Of a DNA stretch of 64,000 bases, positions 12,691 to 24,310 are shown piece after piece (within the stretch, counting starts at the first letter, position 1; every line of letters starts with the position of its first letter). The notes beneath the pieces are model-generated. The model was not told where the DNA came from, ran no database searches, and saw nothing but the letters and a program-made list of their open reading frames with translations. Source of the DNA: Macrostomum lignano (lineage: Eukaryota); the NCBI GenBank assembly GCA_002269645.1, contig NIVC01001061.1, forward strand, positions 223,627-287,626, written 5' to 3'. Position numbers and translations under genes: made by a program.

Positions 12691-14676
12691 ATGAAAAAGA
12701 TTATTCATAGCAAATATCAAGTAAGAACAGCAAGGTCTAATTCTAATTGTTTGGAATCAGCATCAACTGAATTAGAGGCATCTTTGTTCTTAGAGGCTTG
12801 TTCAACTGATGGACCAAATCTTCAATCTAGATCTAACAGTTCTGAAATTATAGATCAGATAGATCAAAGTTCAATTGCAAGCAGTACATCTATTGATGTT
12901 TGGCCAGAAGCAAGCTCTACTAGTGAAAATAGTATTCCTGATGATAGCATAAATCAATTTATTAAACAATGGGTAATCAAATTCAACATTCCTATCTATA
13001 GTCTAGATGTACTACTACCACGGCTACAAGAGAAATATCCTACTTTACCCAAGTGTGGTAAAACACTTTTGAAAGCAAATCTTCCTCAGCCAATTATCCA
13101 GGCTATTTCAACTGGCCAAATAGCATACTTTGGTCTGAGGTGTTTTCTTAACAATAAGGACTTTTCCTTCTGTAATCAGGCTGATTTGGTTGTTTTTGTT
13201 GATGGTTTCTCACTTGCTAAGTCTTCAACTTCATCTTGCTGGGCAGTCTTAGGACTATTAGGATCTAATGAAACACCTTTTGTCATTGCTATCTATCAAG
13301 GACATGTAAAACCAACAGCTTCAGAATTGATGTCACCTTTAATTAATGAAATCAATGAGCTTATGTCAGACCCAAGTCAAACACGTTTAAATTTGAAGTA
13401 TATTCTGGCTGATACACCTGCTCGAGCACTTATCAAGTGTATTAAAGGACATACTGCTTTTTATTCCTGTGATCGTTGCGTTATCCGTGGACAAAGAGTT
13501 GAAGGTCGAATTGTGTTTGATGACTTTTCTGTAGTGCCACTTAGAAGTAACCAGTCTTTTCGTTCAAAGATTGATCATCATCATCATTCAGGAACATCTC
13601 CACTATTGGCTCTTGCAACATTCAACATGATATCTCAGCTTCCCTATGACTTCATGCATTTACTTTGCCTTGGAGTAGTTAAGCGCATGATTTCTTTTTG
13701 GCATTGTGGTCCACTTGGAATTTCTAGACTGACTAGTAGGGCTCGAGTAGCAATCTCAGAGAGGCTAGAGTTAATACGGACATTTATGCCTTCTGAGTTC
13801 AATAGAAAGACTAGACCTCTTGCCCAGTATAAATTATGGAAAGCAACTGAGTTTCGTACTTTCTTGTTGTACACTGGAATATGTGCATTAAAGAATAACT
13901 GGATTCCACGTCAAATTTTTCGGAACTTCTGTCTACTTTTCATTATTGCTCGAATTATGTGCTCTAGTAGTATTGAAGGGCATAGGAAGAACATGGTTGC
14001 TCGTCTTATTAGAGTTTATTTACAAAGTTGCAAGCAAAGTTATTCTAGAATCTTCTTAGTTTATAATTTGCATGCACTGCTGCATCTTCCAGATGATTGT
14101 GAGTTATATGGTTGTCTTGACTCTTTTAGTGCTTTTCGGTTTGAAAATGCTCTTGGCTTCTTGAGGCGGCGTGTTAGAAGTGGTAACTTGCCATTCATGC
14201 AGCTTGTAAACCGAATTAGAGAAGTAACACAAGTTACAACTGTAAATCTGCAAGGCTCTCAACAGAAAAACATTGAATTTTTTGAAAAAGTGAGTGACTG
14301 CCTTCCAAGAAACATTGCACTGCAAATTGATTTCCAACCAATTTTTTTTGCCCAAGCTAAATTTCAAGGACTGCAACTATCTGTCAAACATCAGAGAGAC
14401 AGCTATTTTAGTTTTAATGGTGTAGCTACTAAGCTATCAAAGATTTTTACTCGAGCTGATTGTTCATCCATCTATGTCATTGCAAGATGCTTCAAACAAA
14501 AAGAAGACTATTTTAATTTTCCATGCAATAGCAAGTCACTTGGAATTTTCATTGCCTCAAAGCTCTCAGATACTTTTGTAATGTTTGAGCTTACAGATCC
14601 AGTTACAAAGCTTTTTGCTATGCCTCTTGGTGAGGATTATGACGAGGAGTCAGTGCTCATTGTTCCAATGATTTAG
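12691..14676 (+). CDS. EnSpm/CACTA-type DDE transposase, 661 aa, uninterrupted
   Basis: Motifs FVDGFSL, ILADTPARALIKCIKGHTAFYSCDRC, YDFMHLLCLGV, WKATEFRTFLLY, YNLHALLH and SAFRFENALG are typical of animal EnSpm-like transposases. Confidence 0.9.
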   Translation: MKKIIHSKYQVRTARSNSNCLESASTELEASLFLEACSTDGPNLQSRSNSSEIIDQIDQSSIASSTSIDVWPEASSTSENSIPDDSINQFIKQWVIKFNIPIYSLDVLLPRLQEKYPTLPKCGKTLLKANLPQPIIQAISTGQIAYFGLRCFLNNKDFSFCNQADLVVFVDGFSLAKSSTSSCWAVLGLLGSNETPFVIAIYQGHVKPTASELMSPLINEINELMSDPSQTRLNLKYILADTPARALIKCIKGHTAFYSCDRCVIRGQRVEGRIVFDDFSVVPLRSNQSFRSKIDHHHHSGTSPLLALATFNMISQLPYDFMHLLCLGVVKRMISFWHCGPLGISRLTSRARVAISERLELIRTFMPSEFNRKTRPLAQYKLWKATEFRTFLLYTGICALKNNWIPRQIFRNFCLLFIIARIMCSSSIEGHRKNMVARLIRVYLQSCKQSYSRIFLVYNLHALLHLPDDCELYGCLDSFSAFRFENALGFLRRRVRSGNLPFMQLVNRIREVTQVTTVNLQGSQQKNIEFFEKVSDCLPRNIALQIDFQPIFFAQAKFQGLQLSVKHQRDSYFSFNGVATKLSKIFTRADCSSIYVIARCFKQKEDYFNFPCNSKSLGIFIASKLSDTFVMFELTDPVTKLFAMPLGEDYDEESVLIVPMI

Positions 14677-14850
14677 CTGGAACAGCTAGGATTACAAGCT
14701 TAACTAGGTAAATGTTTTTCAAGATATATTATTAATTCATTTGAAATATAATTCCTGAAATATACTTGAAATACTTGAAGATTTCTCTGATTTCGATAAT
14801 CATTCCAATCCCAAGTAAAAAGATTGTTACTCTTATTACACCACTTTCAG

Positions 14851-16655
14851 TGCATTCGAGCAACCAGGCTTTCACAATAGTCGAGTTTCTGGAGGACAAG
14901 TCAGTTGATTATGTACCATCGATTTGGCTATTAGCTTCGGACAGTGTTGCCTACCCCACTTCGCAATCAACTAGTCGAGTCGCCTCTTTACGTTCAAAAA
15001 TGGAAAAGCCTACAGCTACACTTGAGCCACTATGGCGTTCATGCTCTATTAGAGTCTTAGGTATGGCATCAACTGAACGAAAAGCACGCGAAAAGCTAAA
15101 GAAGCTAGAAGCTGCTGCTGCTGCGGGCGAGGATACACCTGGTCTGGAGACTACTGACTCAGAAGCACCTAGGCAAAGAAAACCAGTTCATCGACTTATC
15201 GATATGGAACCAACACAGAAAAAGCGTAAGAAGAATAAATATGTATCAAGTGATGACGAGTCGTCGAAGTCTAAATCCGATTCGGAGACTGAATCCGAAA
15301 CTGATATGCTGCAGCAAGAGGACGTTGGTGATATTGGCTCGCTATTTTCGCTCCATGGTTGTTCTGCCAGTGCCAGTTCGCATCGACAAGATGACGAGAC
15401 GTCTGCTGCTAGCGTCGCTAGCTCAAATCCATCAACAGCTGGACAGTCTGCAAGCGCCTACAACTCGGTTCAACGACAGAAGCAAGCATCTGCTGCTAGC
15501 TTCGCTAGCTCAAATCACTCAGCAGTTGGACAGTCTGCAAGCGCCTGCAACTCGGTTCAACGACAGAAGCAAGCATCTGCTGCTAGTGCTAGCGTCGCTA
15601 GCTCAAATCACTCAGCAGCTGGACGGTCTGCAAGCGCCTACAACTCGGTTCAACGACAGAAGCAAGCATCTGCTGCTAGTGCTAGCGTCGCTAGCTCAAA
15701 TCACTCAGCAGCTGGACGGTCTGCAAGCGCCTACAACTCTGTTCAACGACAGAAGCAAGCATCTGCTGCTAGTGCTAGCGTCGCTAGCTCAAATCACTCA
15801 GCAGCTGGACGGTCTGCAAGCGCCTGCAGCTCGGTTCAACGACAAGAAACAGCCGCTAGCATGAATTTCTCTGGTCGGTCGGTGTAAGTGCGGGCCTGGG
15901 TGATTTCAATGTATAATCCAAACCACTAAAATATTCGCTTTTGAAAGCTTAATTGTCATGCTCTTTAACCTCATCCATTCAGTCCTGCTACACCGGTACA
16001 ATCGGCAGCTGGCTGCTCGCTTGAATACACCAGTGATGATGACGACACCATTGGACCAGGCCCACTGGACAGTCATTTGACTCCAAGCCCATCGCGACGG
16101 GCGGATAATGCTGCTCCATTGGGTACAAGTTTTTTGTCGCAATTTTGCGCAGAGGAAAACTTTCGTTACACGGGAGATGACGAGACGACTTTAATGCGTT
16201 TAGTTTGCTCCACATTTTCTTTAGCGAAGGAAAATAACCAGCTGCTAAAACAACTGGCGGCTAGTCGTCAAATGCCCCAGCTTGCAAAGCTAAATTTGCC
16301 CTTTGTGCTGCCAGTAAGCACAAAGGACGAATTGGATCAGCTGGAACAGTACTTAAGGATTCCTAAACAATCAACCATGCTGGCCTCCTATATCGGCTGC
16401 ATGGTTTCTGATTCTCAGCGCAAAGCCGTTTTTATGTTAATGCCAAAGTTTATCACTACGCAATTGGCTGCGTCTTTTAATTACGAAGGCAAAAGAGGTG
16501 GAAAGGCTGCCTTCAAGGATTTTGCTAACACAATTTCCTTGGTTAGGCGACTGGTAGCCCAGGGTAGCAAGTCGGGCAAGTGCGAATCAAATATAGTTAA
16601 AACAGCCATTGCCGACTGGCTCCGTCAGGCGCCTGCCCGCCTTAAGGCGACCTAG
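14851..16655 (+). CDS. Second, spliced gene of the CACTA element (DUF4806-like accessory protein); exons about 14851-15883 and 15983-16655; first exon not identified
   Basis: N-terminal FTIVEFLEDKSVDYVPSIWL...YP pattern. A 99-bp GTAAGT...TTCAG intron (15884-15982, phase 2) joins the two ORFs in frame. C-terminal LPFVLPVST-DEL-QLE...FNYEGKRGGK-AF...IADWLRQAP-R resembles the accessory ORFs of animal EnSpm elements. Confidence 0.7.
15400..15845 (+). repeat. In-frame 87-93 bp coding tandem repeat (about 5 copies) inside the accessory ORF
   Basis: GCTCAAATC recurs at 15421, 15508, 15601, 15694 and 15787; peptide unit SAASASVASSNHSAAGRSASAYNSVQRQKQA. Confidence 0.9.
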
Positions 16656-18062
16656 CTGGCTCCCTTGCACTAGTTCTTATTTGTTTGTTGAAACTTGAAA
16701 GCTAGTAGTTATAGAGATCCACAATCCGCGACGGAATTATTTCAGTCAGTTGCATTTTAGTCTTATATGCAGAAGTAACTACACATGGTGAAGAAATCAG
16801 TGGTATACAATCAATCCATGCAGTTAGTAGTTACTTATTTACTTAAAAGTATAAAAAACATCTCCAAATCACAAAATAGCGTAAGATAGGTCACTTTCCA
16901 CCTATTACCTACCCTACCCAACTCAATTACCTAGACCTAGAGCTACTCCTAAATTAGTTCTACCCATTAAAAAAATTATTTGGGGGAAATAAACTACAAT
17001 GCTAGAAATCTTCAATCTAGGAAAATAATTTTCACGAGCACTTTAGGAATAATTGATTGCTCCTTTGCCTTTGAGATTTGACTTGCTTTTTAGACTAATC
17101 CACTACTAATGGTAGCTAATCTACAACAGTTACAAATATATTCAAGATATGAGTAGAAAGGCAATTTTCTAAATAGAATCCTCGTGCCGAGCCCGTAATG
17201 TTACTTTTGCCTCTTCCGTTTCTCTTCCTACCTTAATTCTTGCAGATGCCACCTGCTCTAAAAGCGTGCCGTTTCTCTTCCTGCCTTGAATCTTGCAAAT
17301 TTGAATTCAGCCTTTAACTTTTTCTTGTGTCTTTTCTCAATATTTATTTTCGCTCCTATTTTTTAATTAAGTAATCTTTTTTGCATGCTGAAATTAGGTG
17401 CAAACATTGCAGTCTTTACTTTTTCATGTTCTATAGTTTTGTATACTTGGGTGTTATATATATATTTCATAATGCCAATAATAAAACATACTATGGGTGC
17501 GACTTGAAACAGAACGGTAAAAAATACCGTTAATTCAGTCAAATGTAGTGAAGAAACATATAATTAAGAGTATATTTTAATCTTCGCGTTCTGTGTTCCA
17601 TTACTTAATTACTATTTAAGAAAAATTAAACTGTAAATTGCTTGCCCGAAGAAGTTAAGTGGTGAGAAAAATATGCACCAATGGTTTGTGGCTTAAAATC
17701 TAATTAGAACCTGACGATTATATTACTATACGAGCTAATTAAGCTGTTTTAGGACGTTAATCTCCTGCGTAGATAATACGTACATTATTCGTAAAATCAG
17801 ATACGTAGATTTAAAGCATTTTCACGCGACACTTTCAACGTGAAATCTACGTAAAATATCTACGTATATTCTACCAAAGTTTTGTTGATATTTAACGTAA
17901 TTTTAACGTAAATTTTGCGTAACTTTTCCAGTTGGGTGAATAAATGGCCAAGCTTTCGTCTCTGAGTGGATGATTCGAAATGAGTTACGAACAGATGAGA
18001 ACGAAAAATTACATTTAGTGACTTAGCAATGAGCTTGGGAAAGAGGTGTAGCTTATTTTATT

Positions 18063-18320
18063 GAGCACCAGAGGCGCCAGCACCAGAGGCGCCAGCACCA
18101 GAGGCGCCAGCACCAGAGGCGCCAGCACCAGAGGCGCCAGCACCAGAGGCGCCAGCACCAGAGGCGCCAGCACCAGAGGCGCCAGCACCAGAGGCGCCAG
18201 CACCAGAGGCGCCAGCACCAGAGGCGCCAGCACCAGAGGCGCCAGCACCAGAGGCGCCAGCACCAGAGGCGCCAGCACCAGAGGCGCCAGCACCAGAGGC
18301 GCCAGCACCAGAGGCGCCAG
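18063..18320. repeat. Near-perfect 15-bp minisatellite (AGCACCAGAGGCGCC), about 17 copies
   Basis: Direct observation. Confidence 0.95.
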
Positions 18321-18857
18321 CGATAGCCCCAGCAGAGCGGCCGTGTCCCACATCCCGGACAACCTTTAATTTTACGGATGGTAGAAATACAATTTCCTAA
18401 CCATCCTTCTACCCTTTGTGGCGATGCGTGGAGAGTAATAGCTGGACATCAAAGCCAGCCTATGCCTGCCTACAAGCGCCTGCTATAGCTGGAGCCATTC
18501 ATGCGAGCCAAGATCATTGAGCAGTGTAGAGTTGCCGGTCAAGCGACTTTCGCGGAAACTGGACCGCCGAACTCGGGATAGTTAGCTAATTAATATAATG
18601 CTAGCACCCAGTGGGAGTTACCATGCTTCATCTCATTTAGAAAGTTACTAATGCGATCGCACGTTCGACTGAATGACAATATCGGTAATGATAGGCAGAT
18701 CACAGTTTGGCCAAGGTGTGCCGTGCTCTACTAGCTGAGCCTCGTGCACACTACTTCAAAAAGAGAAACAACGCATCAAATTACTTCACCATTCGATGAA
18801 ATCAGCTGCGCTGTATCAGTGGGAGGCTGCAGGAAGATGTTTTACAGTAGAAGTTTA

Positions 18858-18862
18858 GTTTT

Positions 18863-18895
<33 letters not shown>
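18858..18895. repeat. (TTAG)n microsatellite
   Basis: Direct observation. Confidence 0.85.
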
Positions 18896-20350
18896 CAGCG
18901 CACAATCACACAGGGTGTACAGCGGCCCTGACTTTCCCTAGTGTGCACCACAGAATATATACGGCAGAGAAGAATCCGGACCTTCACCTGAAGGAATCGT
19001 TAAACATCTTGACATTCTCGAATGTTGCCGACTGGGAACTTGCCATGCAGACTTTTTGTTCCATCAGTCTCGAACGAGCTGCCGCAAATGGGATTTCTGA
19101 AAAGACATTATCTCGGCACTCGTCCCTGTTTTCGCCACGGGGCCGGGGATTAAGGAGCTTAAGGGGTGGGCGGGCTACGCCACGTTGAAGCTCGACGGCT
19201 CAAAGATGAAAGCGACTCAAAGGAAGGCGGACATGGCAAAGGAGAGGAGAAGATCAAAGACGTCTCTGCTGAACCCCCCCTCCGAGCGCAGCCCGCTGGC
19301 CAAAGGCTCCGCTGTTTTCCTTTGATGCCTGCCTGCATAGTTAATTATGGTCGCGAGCCGCCTTTGTGCCTCACTGGCAGCAGCGGCACACAGAGGGGCT
19401 TCCTTTGCCGGCTGGGGTCCCCGGCGTCTGTGCCAGGCACGGCATCGACTGCATGACGAATTGGAAAAGCAACATCGAAGGTGAATCGGGGTGGAGCCGT
19501 CTCCTGACCGAACCAGCCGAACCCAGTTCTGTCGTCTCTACTCTTCATCGAGTTCCAGTTGAAGAGCAGAAGCAGCTGAAGCTGAACAATTCTTTCTCTT
19601 AGTCGAAAATTTGAAAGTTCAACAAACAAGCTGGACGAAAACCCTGATACAATATCGCCATGAAGGCGGCATTATTTTGCAAGAATTTTAGGCTGCAAAA
19701 TGGAAATATTCTCGGCGCGCCTGCAGCAGCCAATGGGAAGCGGGTTCCCCACTCGCCCCCACCCCGACGTCCGCCCGTAAGGTTGCTGTTGCCAATGGCG
19801 AATTACAGACTGACTGAAGGGAGACCCCTGAGCAGCAGGTCTCTTCCGCCGGTGCGGAGCGGGGTGGGCGGCCCGCAGGGACTCCGGCTTTGATGCTAAA
19901 AAAGATAATTTCAACCCTCCCTCCTTCCTCAAAACGGCCGAATCCCCGAAATCCCCTTTCATTCCGAGGCGAATGCAACCCTGCACCGTCTCTGTGCGCG
20001 ACTTTTATCTTTTTGAATCGTTTGAAGGGACAAAGGCGCGTTTCATTTTCTAGCCCTGGCCTTCTGTAACCAAAGTCAATAGGACGTAGCATACAGGATA
20101 AAATAAAAGGATCGCCCTCCCCTCTCAGCGCCGTCCAACCCTCCGCCAGATCAAACGGCGGTAATCAAATTTCACAAAAGCGGGAATTAGAAGCAGAAAG
20201 AATCAGAAGAAAAAGAAGACGCTCTAGAGACAGAAGAGCACACAGGAGAGACGGAAAGTTGACAAAAGAAGCAGACGACAGAGAGAAAGACAGAGGGGCA
20301 AAAGGGCAAAAGCGAGTGAATAAAAGCAAAAAGCGGCGCAAAGCAAGGCA

Positions 20351-22451
20351 ATGTCCGGCTACGAGCATCAAGTGCAGGACTCGCACGGTGAGAGCGATGC
20401 GGCAGCCTCTGTGTATTCAGTCTGGTCCCTCTTTGAAAGCGCTGCTCCTTTGTCCCCCCTCCCCACGAACGTCAAACCCCCCCCCCCCTATTTATGCATG
20501 TCTATAGGCCTTGACTCCCTTCAGGCTCTGCATTTTTTGCTGATAAATAGCAGACAAATTTCACCAGAGGCTCCTCTGCAGTCCGCAAATCCCACGCGCT
20601 TGCAGGCTACGGCCGGCCCGTCTACAACAGCCTGCAGCACTGCAGCTCAGCGTCCGCGGCAGCCGCTGCGGAGTCTCTGCTGGCTCCGCAACCGCCGCCG
20701 CCGCCACCTTCATCGCTGCCGCCGAGTGCCGCAGCAGCTGCCGCATTCTACGGCAGCAGCCCGGTGGACTTTGGCAGCTGCTGGGCCGCCGGTGGCAACG
20801 GCGGCGGCAGCGGCGGCGGCATGGTGGACCACTCGGCTGCGGCGGCGGCGGCAGCTGCGGCCGCTGCTGCTGCGTACTCGGCCAGCAGCAGCGTTGGCAG
20901 CGGCAGCAGATTCGGGATGGTCAGCGGTGGCAGCAATGGCGCAGTCGGATACGGAAGCTTTCATCACCATGCGATGTACACAACGCCGCCGCCGCCGCAG
21001 CAGCAGCAGCAGCCGCGAGCTATGCAGCATCATCAATACCACACCGGCCTTCCTGTCCAGCATCAGCTGGGCGGCAGCTGCGACGCCTACGAAGCCGCCA
21101 TAGGCGGTGCAGCCTCTTCGTCTGCAATGGGCAGCAGAGGCGGTCAATCCGGAGGCCTCGCCGGCGTCAGCAAGATGCCAAGCGGCAGCGGCGGTGCCAG
21201 CGGCAACAGCGGCGGCATCAAGAAGGTGCCGCACGTCAAGAAGCCACTGAACGCATTCATGCTGTTCATGAAGGAGATGCGAGCCAAGGTGGTGGCTGAG
21301 TGCACTCTCAAGGAGTCGGCGGCTATCAACCAGATTCTGGGACGGAAGGTGAGGGCTGTGCCAGCAATTGCAGCAGACTGAATGACATGCATTGCGCAAA
21401 ATTAATAGCAGTTGAGCAAGACGGGGGTCTGAATACGCTCATACTTACTAAAGAGGTGTCTAAACACTCACTAAACAGGTGTCTAAACACTCACTAAACA
21501 GGTGTCTAAACACTTACTAAACAGGTGTCTAAACACTCACTAAACAGGTGTCTAAACACTCACTAAACAGGTGTCTAAACACTCACTAAACAGGTGTATA
21601 AACACTCACTAAACAGGTGTCTAAACACTCACTAAACAGGTGTCTAAACACTCACTAAACAGGTGTCTAAACACTTACTAAACAGGTGTCTAAACACTCA
21701 CTAAACAGGTGTCTAAACACTCACTAAACAGGTGTCTAAACACTCACTAAACAGGGGTTTAAACACTCAGTAGACAGGTGTCTAAAACACTCACTAGACA
21801 GGTGTCTAAACACTCACTAAACAGGTGTCTAAACACTCACTAAACACGTGTCTAAACACTCACTAAACAGGTGTATAAACACTCACTAAACAGGTGTCTA
21901 AACACTCACTAAACAGGTGTCTAAACACTCACTAAACAGGTGTCTAAACACTCACTAAACAGGGGTTTAAACACTCAGTAGACAGGTGTCTAAAACACTC
22001 ACTAGACAGGTGTCTAAACACTCACTAAACAGGTGTCTAAACACTCACTAAACAGGTGTCCAAACACTCACTAAACAGGGGTTTAAACACTCAGTAGACA
22101 GGTGTCTAAAACACTCACTAGACAGGTGTCTAAACACTCACTAAACAGGTGTCTAAACACTCACTAAACAGGTGACTAAACAATCACTATGCAGTTGCCT
22201 GAATAAATGCCAAAAGACAGGCATATACTCTAATTCCTCCCCAACAACCCGCAGTGGCACGCTCTGTCCAGAGACGAGCAGGCCAGATACTACGAGCTGG
22301 CCCGCAAAGAGAAGGAGCTTCACATGCGGATGCACCCCGGCTGGAGCGCCAGAGACAACTACGCGGCCCAGTTGGCTGCCAAGAAGAAGGCGACAAAAAA
22401 GAGGCGGCCGACTTCGGGGGAGCTGCTTTTGCAGCAGCAACAGCAACAGCG

Positions 22452-22507
<56 letters not shown>

Positions 22508-23529
22508 GGCTCCAGCATGACTCAGAGACGGTGCGGAAGGCAATGATCGGTAATTCCATTGACACCGCAGCCGCTGTGGCCAGCTTTGCTGACATGGCCG
22601 GGTACGCCAGCTACCTGAGTGGTCACGTGAAAACCGAATACCGAATGAGCGGGTGAGCGAACCAAACTACAGTAGGCAGATTGCAGATTCTCTACCAAAC
22701 TACAGTAGGCGGATTGCAGATTCTCTACCAAACTACAGTAGGCGGATTGCAGATTCTCTACCAAACTACAGTAGGCGGATTGCAGATTCTCTACCAAACT
22801 ACAGTAGGCGGATTGCAGATTCTCTACCAAACTACAGTAGGCGGATTGCAGATTCTCTACCAAACTACAGTAGGCGGATGGCAGATTCTCTACCAAACTA
22901 CAGTAGGCGGATGGCAGATTCTCTACCAAACTACAGTAGGCGGATTGCAGATTCTCTACCAAACTACAGTAGGCAGATTGCAGATTCTCTACCAAACTAC
23001 AGTAGACATTAGTCATTGGTTATAGCCGTCAGACTCACGACTTGAAGGTCGGGGTTCGATTCTATCCCACTGGAATAATTTGTGTCCTTGAGCAACGCGC
23101 TAAACTCTGCATTGCTTCAGTTCACCCAGCTGTAAAATGGGTGCCAGCATTAGCTGGGGTAATTGAGGGTGTGTGGCGACCCCCCAGTCCATGGACTGAA
23201 CAGCCGTACTCTGCCTTCAGATGCGCCGCGCAATAGCTGCGGCTGAGCTGTCGCTGCACATCTGGCCCAATTGGGGCAGGTGCAATCAGTTATTAATTAT
23301 TGTTATTACAGTAGACAGATTTCAGCTTCTCCAACAAACTACATTTATGGCTTCTCTAACATTCAGAATGAATGCTTCAGTCAACTCGCCTTTTTACAGG
23401 AGTGACGACGTGTCAGGTCGCTCATCTCAATTCGAAACGTATTCGGGACTCACGCAGCCGCAACAACAGCAGCAGCAGCAGCAGCAGCAGCAACAAGAGG
23501 AAGCTGCAACCTTCACCGAGCTGGCTTAA
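20351..23529 (+). CDS. TCF/LEF: TCF/LEF (pangolin-like) HMG-box transcription factor, about 435 aa; exons 20351-20387, 20606-21348, 22255-22652, 23400-23529
   Basis: HMG box [40 protein letters not shown]|[36 protein letters not shown], split at the usual RK|W position and followed by a basic tail. All three introns are GT-AG with compatible phases (1, 0, 2); CDS total 1308 nt. Confidence 0.93.
21453..22185. repeat. 23-bp minisatellite (AGGTGTCTAAACACTCACTAAAC) in TCF intron 2
   Basis: About 31 copies visible. Confidence 0.95.
22661..23005. repeat. 33-bp minisatellite (CAAACTACAGTAGGCGGATTGCAGATTCTCTAC) in TCF intron 3
   Basis: About 10 copies, starting 8 nt after the donor. Confidence 0.95.
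23010..23215 (+). mobile_element. tRNA-derived CORE-type SINE fragment in TCF intron 3
   Basis: B-box GGTTCGATTC followed by TGTGTCCTTGAGCAACGCGCTAAACTCTGCATTGCTTCAGTTCACCCAGCTGTAAAATGGG, which resembles the MIR/CORE consensus (TGTGACCTTGGGCAAG...CTCAGTTTCCTCATCTGTAAAATGGG). Confidence 0.7.
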
Positions 23530-23777
23530 GAGCTCACTGAACACATTCGAACTGAGAGACATTCACTGCAATGATTTATGACCCATACCCGAAGAACAAA
23601 TGCCTATGTGTATAATAGCTACAGAGCTTTGGCCCTGTCACAAAATACCACCAACCCGTGTGCTGTGCTGTTGTCTCTTTCTGATTTTGTCGATCAGCAC
23701 AAAATCCTGACGCTGTTGTCAGTCAAGAAGAGAATTTCAAAGCAGATTTTTAATGGAATTCTTCATTTGACTGACTT

Positions 23778-24310
23778 TATGGCCGAGTGCAGTTCTGCAA
23801 GAGTGGCTGCTGCTGCAGTGAATGGGGATTCCCCACTTGATTGGCTTTGTTGTCTATGGCCGAGTGCAGTTCTGCAACAGTGGCTGCTGCTGCAGTGAAT
23901 GGGGATTCCCCACTTGATTGGCTTTATTGTCTATGGCCGAGTGCAGTTCTGCAACAGTGGCTGCTGCTGCAGTGAATGGGGATTCCCCACTTGATTGGCT
24001 TTATTGTCTATGGCCGAGTGCAGTTCTGCAACAGTGGCTGCTGCTGCAGTGAATGGGGATTCCCCACTTGATTGGCTTTATTGTCTATGGCCGAGTGCAG
24101 TTCTGCAACAGTGGCTGCTGCTGCAGTGAATGGGGATTCCCCACTTGATTGGCTTTATTGTCTATGGCCGAGTGCAGTTCTGCAACAGTGGCTGCTGCTG
24201 CAGTGAATGGGGATTCCCCACTTGATTGGCTTTATTGTCTATGGCCGAGTGCAGTTCTGCAACAGTGGCTGCTGCTGCAGTGAATGGGGATTCCCCACTT
24301 GATTGGCTTT
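23778..24310. repeat. 77-bp tandem repeat, 7 copies, downstream of TCF
   Basis: The 77-nt period is confirmed (TGTCT at 23851 and 23928). Confidence 0.95.

Larger units (their letters stand above)
11153..17936 (+). mobile_element. Apparently full-length CACTA/EnSpm (CMC superfamily) DNA transposon, 6784 bp
   Basis: Terminal inverted repeats CCCAATTGGAAAG and CTTTTCCAGTTGGG, a 3-bp TSD TGA on both sides (11150-11152, 17937-17939), subterminal arrays of (T/A)ACGTA-type motifs (about 11175-11245 and 17765-17922), and two internal genes. Confidence 0.9.

Noticed and set aside
10025-18895. (CTAA)n and (TTAG)n as inverted ends of a larger element or as telomeric repeats
   Set aside because: The flanks are not inverted copies, and the unit is neither TTAGGG nor TTAGG.
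20351-21103. 250-aa unspliced ORF as a separate gene
   Set aside because: It shares the TCF start codon but reads through intron 1 into a non-coding frame.
23020-23070. tRNA gene
   Set aside because: Only a B-box and a partial arm are present, with no acceptor stem; better explained as a SINE head.
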